Source: Chlorokybus atmophyticus
Taxonomy: Eukaryota > Plantae > Mesostigma and Chlorokybus algae
NCBI GenBank assembly: GCA_009103225.1
Contig: RHPI01002069.1
Coordinates: 2,070,846-2,134,845 of the forward strand
Length of the DNA: 64,000 bases
Direction: 5' to 3'
The number at the start of each line of letters is the position of its first letter. The first letter of the stretch is position 1. Below are positions 24,534-35,220 of this stretch, one piece after another. The notes below the pieces were generated by a model. It worked only from the letters and a program-made list of their open reading frames with translations. It was not told the origin of the DNA and searched no databases. The position numbers were made by a program, and so were the translations under genes.

Positions 24534-25947
24534 CTACGAATAGGTGACCGACGCATCGGTCCGCCTCCTCTTGGTGGGGATGGGGCTGGGAGGCCTGTTG
24601 AAGTCAGGTACTGCTCCATCATCATTGTCATATTGTGAGCTGCGCGCGCGGAGACCGCTTCCTTGCGGTTCCATGGAGAAGAAACTCTCCATCTGCGGGA
24701 CCACTCCCAACTGATTCATCGTGGACTCTGGCACAAGACTCCAGTCGATCTCATCCCACAAGTCTCCACCCTGTACCCAAACATCTTGTTTAGACACAAG
24801 CTTGCAGCTTTGACAGCACTACAAAACGCACGTGTGCGTGCAGGTATGTATGCACTGGTACTTGACCCACACACACATGTGCAGATCGCAAGTGAAATTG
24901 CACCTTTGATGGGTCAACATCAGCCAAAGTGTAGCCATCAGCAAGGTCGGGAATGGCCAGCAGCTCGTCCACTCGCCAGTCAAGGCCGAGGTTGCTGGTG
25001 GAGTTGCTGCGGGCGGCGCTGCCAACAAGGGGTGACTGTGCGGGCGGGGCTGAATAGGATGCAGAGGGAGTGAAGGCTTGGTTGTTGGGCATGTTGTACG
25101 TGGGAACCTGCAGCTGCGGGACAATCTGTGCTGTCTGTTGGGGCTTGTTGGTGGTGGTAGTATTGCTAGTGTGGTGCGCCGGCGCCACCCTGCTGCTGCT
25201 CACAGGCACAGCAGGGCCCTTCCCATGCTTGTGGTTGTGCGTCTGCTCATGCTGCGGCTGTTGCTGTTGCTGTTGTGTCTGTTGTTGCTGGGAGAACAAA
25301 GTGGACTGCGGGGAGCTCTCGCTGCTGGGGGACGCGGTGTTGTCCTCAGGGTCCGGCAGCGCGTGGAGGCTGACCAAAATGCCCGGCACGAGGTAGCGAT
25401 CATGTGCTTGCGTGAGAGCATTTGCACTGTGTATGGACAAGTCACACCCGCGGCAAAGAAGCGCCCTGTCGTCTCTGCAGAAGAAGAAGGCAGCCGCCTC
25501 CTGCAGAAAGAGAGGCAAGCAAGCCCACATGCATGAGCACACCGTGTATTCTCTGCAGCTCAAAGTTCAAGCAAAACCCGCAGCTTGGCAGTTTGAACTA
25601 CACAGCCAGCTATGCAGGTCAAGAACTTCCAGATCAGATCAAGAACTTCCAGCCGTTCCAAGCAAGCAGCTGTCAAGTGCCTAGTTGATCGGCTGTGCTG
25701 GAGTGCTTCTCAGGGAGAGGCATAGCTGGCAAGCTGGAGGTGGTGTGCGTGTGTGTAGCTGTACCTGGCAAATGTCACACTTGGGGCGCTCCTCTTTTTG
25801 AGGAAGGAGGGCGACGCGCTGGTGCTTGGCGACGAGCTTGTTAGCGGCGTGGACTTTGCGATCGCAGGCGCCGCACAGTGCGGCCTTGTCCGCGGCGCAA
25901 ACCACCTCTGCTGGCGCCGCGTCGCACACGTCGCACTGAACTCTCAT
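24534..25947 (-). CDS. BBX: double B-box zinc finger protein (no CCT domain; plant group IV BBX-like)
   Basis: CDVCDAAPAEVVCAADKAALCGACDRKVH and CDICQ|EAAAFFFCRDDRALLCRGCDLSIH. WRVDELL, VVPQM, and a C-terminal AVPDF...KRRR motif. Confidence 0.9.
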
Positions 25948-27299
25948 GCCGGACCCCTCCCCCAGCACCCCCCCAGCACCAGCGCCCTCGTCAGCCAACC
26001 ACCCGCTCTGCCTCCACCAATCCCGCTCCCTCCGCCTCCGCCGCTGCCTTCCCTCTCCGCCTCCGCCGCCCAGCCGCAAGCTACCCCGCCCACTTCTCAC
26101 CGCTTCACTTTACACCACAGCCCAGCTCCCGCAGCCTCGTTCCTCCACTCCGCCGCCTCCACCAGCCAAGTCCTCACTCCAATCACCCGCTCTCCCAGCC
26201 CAACCTCCGCCTGACCTTCTCCCGCTCGACGCCCCGACGCGCCCGACAAGACCGCCCACCCCGCCGCCCACGCCGTCGCCCACGTCGCCAGCTATGCACC
26301 TTTTGCGCCAAAGTCACTTGACAGAGGCCCAAAGTCTTTCGGGTACGCAAGAAACTTTGGCCCAATGCGAATGGTGAGAGAATAAGCGGGCAAGAAAGTC
26401 TGGGACGCTGAACAAAACTTGCCGAGGGGAGTTTATGCTCAGCCACAAAGGATAGAAGTGTACCCCCACGAAAAATGTTATCTCGCACGTCAGCCTTTGA
26501 AGGTTTAACCGGCGCACGCTCGGCACACGAATCTGGTCTACACCAAGCCGCTGCATGCATTCAGAAAATGCCCTGGCATGTATAGTTGGAGTTCTGTTTG
26601 CATGCCGTCAATCTGTCGGTGAGCTATTTGTTTATGACTCTTCGAGAAGTGAGTTTATCTCGCGTGCACGCAAAGAGGGCAAAAACCCAGAAGCCCTTGT
26701 CAATGATGAATGAACTTGCTGCACCGTTTCAAGTGCATGACAACTTGTCATTGACAAGGTCTTGAGCGAACATGTGAGGTGAAGCCTTCAGTCACCGTGA
26801 AGGCGCGGGGGACCCAGATCAGATCAGATTGGGGACCCAGCCTGGGGTTGATCATGAAGCGAGCGTGAGGCGTGATCGTACCGGGGGTTGATTGGATGAT
26901 TGACAACCTCCAGTTCGCAATGTCCATCCGCCTGTGGTTAGCGGTATGGAGGTACTCTTTGCGCGCCAAAGGCGAGACGCGGTGCGTACTGTGGCGCGCA
27001 CTGCTGACAGGGCGTGCAGCGGCCGATTGCGGCAGAATTGCCGTTCGGTTATCGGCCAGGTAGTGCACTGAAGCGCAGGTCGTCAATCAATGTGACCGAT
27101 GCAAGCAACGGCAAAGCCTATTTCATCGGTCTGCGGCGAACAAGATCCAGGTTGGTACACACCGTTGTACCCGCACGCGGACCGCGGTACGCATAACAGG
27201 CATCACTTGGTAAACGCTTGCATGATGTGTTTACGTTTTTAACGCAAATGGCCCACAAGTTGCATACCAGCATGGGTAAAAAACCTGTGATACCGGCTA

Positions 27300-27955
27300 C
27301 CGTATCTATCTATCTACCCCAACACAGTCCCCTTTCTATACAGTCCCCCTCAATTTTGCTGGGGCGGACTGTGTTAGGGGGGGGATTGTGTTACGATGGG
27401 GGGACTTTGTTGTGTAGCTGAGCAGCATAGTCCCCCCGAACTACGTCATCAAATGTGTGGGTTACCCTATTGTAGCCAGTAGCGTAAACTATGCTGGTGC
27501 CGGCAGGCCAGCTGCAAAGGCGGCACCTTGACGGCCCGTCAGCAAAGAAACAGATGTGCCAAAATGGCCCACAACTTGTGGGCCATTTCGTCTATCTTAT
27601 GGGCCACAAAAAAGACAATTAACATCACATGTCATGTCACACACGTTAACATGGCAAGCGTATACATGTATTACGCTATAAAATAGATGATGAATATACA
27701 TAACATGTACGATACCATTATATACACATATGCATGACACTGTAATATATGCGTCAATAACTGCATGAATTCTATATAATGTCTATGGTAAATATAAACA
27801 TATACATACTTATAACAGATACCAACATCACAAATATACATATAAACCACATTTAAAATATATATATAACACATATATAGTACAGTCTTCCTTTGGAGGG
27901 ACTCCGAAAGGGGGGGGGGGGGGGGGGGGGGGNNNNNNNNNNNNNNNNNNNNNNN

Positions 27956-28023
<68 letters not shown>

Positions 28024-28097
28024 CGGGGGGAGACTCCAAAGTAAAAACACAGTCCCCCCTTGAAAAAGCAGGGGGGACTGTATTTGGGTAAATACGG
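27300..28097. mobile_element. non-autonomous pogo/Tc2-like MITE
   Basis: TA|CCGTAT...ACCC.AA.ACAGTCCCC at the left end and its inverse GGGGACTGTATTTGGGTAAATACGG|TA at the right. TA target duplication 27298-99 and 28098-99. No coding capacity; contains poly-G and an N gap. Confidence 0.65.
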
Positions 28098-28565
28098 TAG
28101 TTGCGTGTGTGCAACCTTGCATTATTAAGCACTTATTTAAGTACTCTTATATATACCGTAAAGACACGTACATTACAACATAAGAATAACTATCATATGC
28201 CTGGAGTTGTAGTTGTAATACCGAATTATAGGCCTGGCTTATTGTAACATCAACGCATCTAATGACTTATGTGGTCATTGTAGCAAAAGATTGAAGTGTA
28301 AAACAATTTGTAAATGTGAGTGTGGGTTGTAGTGTACGTGTCTCTACGGTACTCATCTTGGCAAGGATTGCACGAGTGTGCATACATTGTCGCAATATGT
28401 TTTCCCTGCCGGCCGATTAAATATTGGCAACGACCGTGCACCTGAGGATACTAATTTAGAATGTCGTGGCTCAGTCAACATGCAATCTCGATACAGGGAC
28501 ATAATAGTAACTTCCGTTACTATCAGGCCCTTTTTGTTACAATTTAGTCTTTAACATTTGACTAT

Positions 28566-28860
28566 GCCTAGTTAACAGGCGCCTGTCAGTTACCAGGCCT
28601 TAACAGGTGACTTTACTTAATTAACAGCCACCGGTTAGTCACACATCAGGCCTTACTAGGTGACTACAACTAATCAACGGGCACCTGTAAGTTACACATC
28701 ACGCCTTAACAGGTGACTACACCTAATTAGCAGGCACTTGCAAATTACACATCAATTTTACTTAGGTGACTCAGCCTATGTGACAGGCACCTGCAGGTTA
28801 CACACTAGTCCAGCGCATGCGACTAAGCCTAATTCACAAGCACCAACTAGGTAATTATCG
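28566..28860. repeat. degenerate tandem array, about 5.5 units of ~54 bp; probable left subterminal repeats of the DNA transposon
   Basis: Consensus approx. ctaattaacaggcacctgtaagttacacatcaggccttaacaggtgactacac; four units contain GGTGACT. Confidence 0.8.
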
Positions 28861-29205
28861 ATATATTAAGGCATTCTTCAAGCAACTGAAGGTGACTGAT
28901 GCCTAACTGTCGTTATATGTATTTGCATAGCATGACTACACGCGACTGTCATTAACTGCCAGCATCGTGATGTGCCTGTGCTGTGTACAGGTACCTGAAA
29001 TGTGTACTGTGTCTCACAGTCACTTGCCAAGGCTTGTAGTTCGATTATGTTGAATGCCTGCAGTTCTGTTGTATATTATAGGGATGCAAGTATTGACATG
29101 CATGAGCATAATGACAATTGACTGAGCTGGTTTAAGATGCACAACACTCAGTTACAAGAGCCTTGCAGCTATGTACACTGCCAGCTAAACGGACTACCAA
29201 CTGCG

Positions 29206-31050
29206 CTACAGCTCCTCTCCATTATCGCTTTGCTCGTCATCATGGCACAAAGCACCACGCGCTGGGGCCTGTGGAGGAGACGCCGGAGCTTGCCCTTCCT
29301 CCTCAAACGGTTGTGCCAGTCAATCAAATGCCGCTTCTGCCTCAGCGAGCGGGTCACGAGCTGCTGTCTCTTGCGGCTGGCGCCGATTGGGATCTTTCAG
29401 GTATGCGACACAAGATGCAGTGCGGCGTTTCACAAGGGTGAATGGCTAGAGGGCTGCGTACCGTTGCCTCATCTCCCGCTTCATTGACATAATTATGGTG
29501 TTGATTTCGCTGACGTACTCTTCATGTGTGTCGATGCTAGCAGCTAGGAGGGGGTCTCCATCCCTGCCCTTTAGGATGCGCTCCACCTGCCTAGTTTGCA
29601 GGCATGTCTTAGTGGCAACCAAATCGAAAGCCACTATTCACTGCAACACGTCTGCAAGCCTGTAGTTTGGGGCTACAGCATTCCTGAATTGCTGATGGTG
29701 AAGTTCAGAGTGCTCACCGTAAGCAACAGGTATGCGAGGTGGTTGACTGTCAGCTGCCGGCGACCAGGTGTAGTGACGGCGTAAGACCAGCATTGCACGA
29801 TCATTTGCCAGATTATGGGATTGCCCCATTCATGGATGTATCTCCTCCGCTCCGGGTCTGCATTGTCGGTCACCTCAAATCTCCGCCATGACTTGTCTGC
29901 GATAGTCATACTAACGATACGGATAGTTCAAGTTGAGCCTGCACCAGGCTAGAATAGTGCCTGTGAATTAATTTGGAGCGCGTTGCGCATCTGGGCTTTT
30001 TAGGTCTTGGGGTCCATTAGGGCGTCGATGTGCGCGATTGAATCGGTTACAATAGGCGAGATGCGTACGTGTGTATGGAGGCTGAGTAAGAAGGCAGTGT
30101 TGCATAGCAGACATGGTGGTGAGGGACCCAACTCACTTGCGCTTGTTGCTGTTAAACAGTGTCCACTTGTACTCCTTCTCAAGGACATGCTTGATCTTGG
30201 TGACGTTCTCAGACCGGACCTGCGTAGCTTTCTTCAAGGCGACATTCCAGTGGAAGGGGCACTCCTTCGGAGTCTAGTACACCTCATCATGAGGTGTACT
30301 GGACTCCGAAGGAGTGCCCTATGATAGAACTTGGCCGCATTGGCCTTGTCGTCATGGTCGAAGCCAACTACCTGTCACGGGCAGGTTGGTCAGTATCACG
30401 GTGCAGTGAGGTCATGAAGCATTCACAGCATCTGACACGTGACGTTACGAATAGCGTCCTCCTTGAAATATATGTGGCTCTCTACCCAGTGGCCGTTTAT
30501 GATTTCAACGACGGCATCTCGCAAATGCTGTCCACAAAAGAACAATCCATTATACGGTGTCATGGTGTCACGCAGTGCTTACCTCGTTGCTAATCTCCCA
30601 CTTACTTGGGCGAGGGTTGCTGACGGCAGAGGTGACTACGTCACAACCAAATACGTTTGGGTTGGGGGTTCCAATCGACCCTCTGCAAGCACAACCACGT
30701 GAGTCATGCTGCCAGCCATGAAAGATGCAACCCTCAACTTGAGCAAAAAGAACACGTGCACAGTGTATTCAGAACGCATGCAGTAAGTCACTATGCCAGT
30801 CATGAAAGAAGCTAGCATCCAAGTTAGAAGCTGAGCAAGAAGCAACGTGCACAGTGCATCAAGAATGCATGCAGTCTAACTTGCCCTTGCGACTGCGGTA
30901 TCAGGTGGAGTTGTTGTGATGTGGTGGGCGTTAGCGCGGGGCTTGCTGCGATTGGTTGGCAACGGTTGCCTGGTTGAACACTGGGGGCAATGTGGAAAAC
31001 TGGGGCCGACCTCCACGACAAGGTGCACCTACGGATGGACCACGAGGCAT
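29206..31050 (-). pseudogene. unknown spliced cargo gene 1 of the DNA transposon
   Basis: Collinear minus-strand reading frames with scattered stops and GT-AG signals (e.g. EISNE|gtaagc, NSNKR|gtgagt) ending in an acidic tail. No recognised domain; start codon tentative. Confidence 0.45.
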
Positions 31051-31454
31051 CTCTCTAACTGATAGTCGGGTGCCGCCTGTTTAGCTAACAGTGGCGCTGC
31101 CGCCTCCAACGCTGCCGCCGCCAGTTGGCCCGCCCAAATGTACAAGACGCGAAAACGAAAATGAGGCGGTTTTGAACGTCTAGTGTCCCGCACCATAGTC
31201 GCACTTGTAGTGCGTCCTTGCTCGCATGGTTAATGGTACGACTTATGCATTTGTGCCATCCATGCTTCGTACAACCATTGGGAACAATGGTTGTGTCGTA
31301 ACATTCATGGTACGACACAACCATTGAGGCATCTCTCGTCCAACCCCAGCCATTGCCATACATGGCTCTGTCGTACCATCCATGGTACGACAGAGGCATT
31401 GCTCGATCAGCCCGAATGGGAGTTAGCGTGCACTCACCCAAACACGCTTTATTG

Positions 31455-34400
31455 ATGGCCGGATGATGGCACGCAGGGGCACCAAGTCGATGACGGGTCG
31501 AATGTCAGGCATAGTGGACCTGAGTTCGACTAAAAAGCGGAGGACCAGGAGGCGGCGGCGGCGTGGTGGCACATCTTGCGAGAAGTTGTGGTCGTAAGAG
31601 TTCAAGCAGCGAAGCCAGCTACTACCGGGCGCCACGTCATGGATTATGGCAGGCGTCAGCAATGGGGCTGTTCAACATGCATCACCAACATTGGACAAAC
31701 CAGCAGGCAAGCCATTAAGGACCATCTTCACATAGAGAACTGCTTGGTGGCTCGCTTTCTGCAACAAGGAGTGGATCAGGAGCTGCAGTCCTTGGAGCCC
31801 CTTGTCAGAACCATGCGGGATCAATTGCGGCAGTGGGAACAAGCACAAAGGAATGCAGAGGTACGCTCAACAGTCACATGCATTTCCTTGCAAGAGCAAT
31901 TTGTTTTTTAGCGCAGCTCATGTGATACATGTAGCGTAGCTGCAGGCCTCCACTATTCACCCATACCCACCCTACAGTCAAGCCGACATTGCGGAAGTCA
32001 GAGCAGATAGACAGAGCTGGGCGGCGGTATGTTGTTGCCAATGTCGCTGTGCATATTAATTGCATGCACCTGCCGCTCCTGCTCCCCTCGCAGCCAGAGC
32101 GCAACCACCTTCCGCGGCACCAGTCTTTCATGCACTGCCGTCTCTGCCACGAGCAGCACCGGTGAATGCGGGGCAACAATCCTTCTTGCCGCAACCAGCA
32201 AGACCATAGCACAATGCAACAATCGATGTGGCTTCTGCACATACCTTACCCACCCGCTGCAAGATGAAGTCGGCAGTCTACCTAAAACTCGAGTACTTTA
32301 TCAGTCACTGTGACTCTTACCGCCCACAGTTGGATACACCATTTGAGTACTGTATGCGCATGCAACAGGGGTCACCACATGCCAGCGAGTCATCAGAGGA
32401 GCTGGCCGCAACCCGCATATGGCCATCAGTCATGCTAGGTGGTCAGCTCGCCTCATGGGACCACTTAAATGCGCCAACGGATGGTAATTGCTTCTACCAT
32501 TGTGTGTTTCGCGCCATGCCATAGCGCAAAGTGTCCTTGATGATCACAAGTGCCCCAGTTCGAGCAGATTTTGGTCCATGCTGGACACCATGGACAACGA
32601 CGGCAGGGGGGACACTTTCCGCAAAATTACCGCCAAGGCTGTTGATGCAGGCGTGGCGAGCAGAATCCTTGACTTCTGCAGAGCCATTGGTGCCGCGAGA
32701 GAGATGGCACAGTATTACGACAAACTGCCTGTGACCATGTTGGCTGATGTTAATTGCAGCATTGACATAGCCATGGCCAAGGTGCGACAGATCGTGCGGA
32801 GAAAAGATGTGTACATCGAGCACCTGCAGATGACCATGTTTGCCAACAAGCTAGGCTTGTCAATTGGCTGTGTGACCATTCAGCGCGAGCATGGGGAGTG
32901 GGTACCACGGCTCGGCAGCGCGGTTTGGGTTGGAATTACAAAAGCCCCCAACTCAGTCTCAGTGGTGGGCAACATTGCTCCAAATGAGCTAGAAGCACAC
33001 TTTTGGCTCCTCAAGCCTGCAAGCACCGAACAATGGTCGTGGCCTATGCATGAATTGCCACCGGAGGTAACAGACCTGATCGGAGAGTGGCGGAGTGACG
33101 CTGCCAATTGCCCGCTACCACCAGCTGTGACCCAGGGTGCTGCGCCAACGCCTCAGGCCTCGCCTTCGTGTGCTAGGCAAGAAGTAGCCGAATGTTCTGC
33201 ACATCCTGCCCTCAACCACAACCACATGCTCGCAATAACAATTCAGCACCCTCCCTTCCTGCTGCCACCGCACTCTGACCACCCGGAGGCATCTTCATCA
33301 AGAAGCAGCGGTAGCTCGCCCTCTCCCTCTAAGCTTGCCACATTGATCCCAGCCTGTCTTGTTGGTAAAGAGATTGATCGAGGTGTCCTGAAAGCTGCGC
33401 TGAAAGACAAAGGCTTCATGCTCGACCTCATAAAGCAATATGAGGTCGTGGAGGAACGGGAGGCAACCAACAAGCGCAAGGCTGTGGAGCAAGAAGATAA
33501 CGCCTTACCTCCTCTGAGTGACCGTGCCACGGAGAGCGCCTGCCAGGATGTGCAGGTTGACAAAAACAAAAAAGAAGAAGGTTGTTGGAATAAGGGACGC
33601 TGACTGCACTAAAAAAGGAAAGGTGAGGCATTGTTACAACGTTAAAAGAAGCACAGCGCCTTGAAGCCTCACTGGGGCTGACTGTGTGTCCTGAGTAGGC
33701 ACAGGCGGGTTTACAGCGTCAAGTGGCTGCTCAGCATCGTTCAGAGAGACAGCCGGTGCGGCACGAGCTGCCTAAGCTTGAAGCACCAATGCTCAGACGC
33801 TTTGAAGGGCTGACTCGTAGTGCAAAGGAGTTGATCGCCCTACAATACGCCCAAGACGCGCTGCATCACTGCATGCCTCGAGGTGGGTGACGAAAGTATG
33901 TAGTAAGTGGGAGCAAACGCGGAGAGTGCGGTCTAAACAGACCTCTGGAAGTTGGCCATGGTTGGAACCCATACACGATATGGCCATCCGTAGTACGTTG
34001 TTGCCCCTCGTCGTCCTCGATATGATGGTGTTGTTGCTGCCGCAGCAACCTGGCAATGTGCAAGAGCTATCCGCGGACCAGAACTTCGACCTGCTGCAGC
34101 AAATGTATCTGTCGATGTCGACTAATGCGGGTCGAGATGTGTGCCACTACCTGAGCAAAAATACTGGGTGGCAAGTAAAACCATTCGAGCTGTACTTGGC
34201 ATGCTTTGACTGGCAGTGGCTGTATGTCATACGGCACGTCGAGCTGCTCCTGTGAAAGCTTGAAGAAAATGGCGATGCGGGGGAGTACACGAGTGACAAC
34301 AGCCATGTCGAGGGCCTGGATGAACGCATGCTGGACGAGGCCACCAAGACCAGCAGGTGGTGTATGGCGGCAGATGGGCGTCAGGTGATCGAGCAGGCAA

Positions 34401-34731
34401 TGGAGCGTTATGCTGCGCCATTCAGATGGGAGTTGCTACGCTTGCAACGTGATAACAGAGTTTGGTGGCAAAGGCAGCTTGCACACCCGCGTGCACCATG
34501 TGTGCTGCTTTGTCGCATTAAGAAGCCCCCCCCCCCCCAGCGGATGGGGAGACGCCCTGTTGCAAGAAAGCGATGTGCCATGTCTGCATCATATCACATC
34601 AGAAGACCGTGGCAAATAAATCAAAGAATCTACAAACGTGTTCCTTCTGCAAGCAACCTCACCCGTTTTGGTCGCCACGCCCGATGCAAAACGCCAATGT
34701 GTCGGCGGTGATTTGGCCCCCGCCTTCATGA
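31455..34731 (+). pseudogene. cargo gene 2: C2HC finger + OTU-like cysteine protease + C-terminal RING-like finger
   Basis: WGCSTC-x12-H-x4-C (~31665-31745). PTDGNCFYH at 32474-32500 with downstream EAHFWLL (~32992-33012). CVLLC...ETPCCKKAMCHVC...CSFC (34499-34655) is restored by adding one C to a 13-C run. Several stops and frameshifts; start approximate. Confidence 0.65.
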
Positions 34732-35220
34732 CAATTGTGCATGTATTGTAGTTTTGTGTAGGCTTCCTGTGAACCATGTAGGTACATGTATAGTTGCAGT
34801 ATGGTGCATGGTGCACCCGAGATCTGCTGTTGTCAGAAGCATCGGCTGTATATGTGTATGATGAGTTCCCGACGCATGAGTCAGTGCATGGCTTGCATAC
34901 GTTGCTGGTTCCAACGTGGTTGACAGCAACAATCTCGGACAGCGCTCTGGGTTCCATGGAATGACAGCATACTACCACGATCGTATTACTCTACGATCGT
35001 GGTAGTATGCGAGTATCCTTGTGCTGTAGTACCATTAACAGATGGAGTACCATTCATGTTGATGTAGTACCATGCATGGTACTGCAATAGCGTCCATGGT
35101 ATAATTGTGCTTCACTTGAAGTGTGACCCATTTTGAGTTCGTAAGTTGGCACCCCTAAATTGATTCCCATACTCTAAAGTCTCGCTTAGTTGGTGGGCAG
35201 CCGTGCCGATTCCTATTTGC

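Noticed and set aside
26789-26799. CAGTCACCGTG, identical to the last 11 bp of the transposon right end, as its left TIR
   Set aside because: It has the same orientation as the right end rather than inverted, no further similarity, and lies in the BBX upstream region; probably chance.
27909-28030. Long poly-G tract as a functional G-quadruplex element
   Set aside because: It spans an N gap and all three gaps abut G runs, so its true length is unreliable.
28566-28860. Tandem array as a CRISPR-like locus
   Set aside because: Units are degenerate along their whole length with no unique spacers, no cas genes are present, and the context is eukaryotic.
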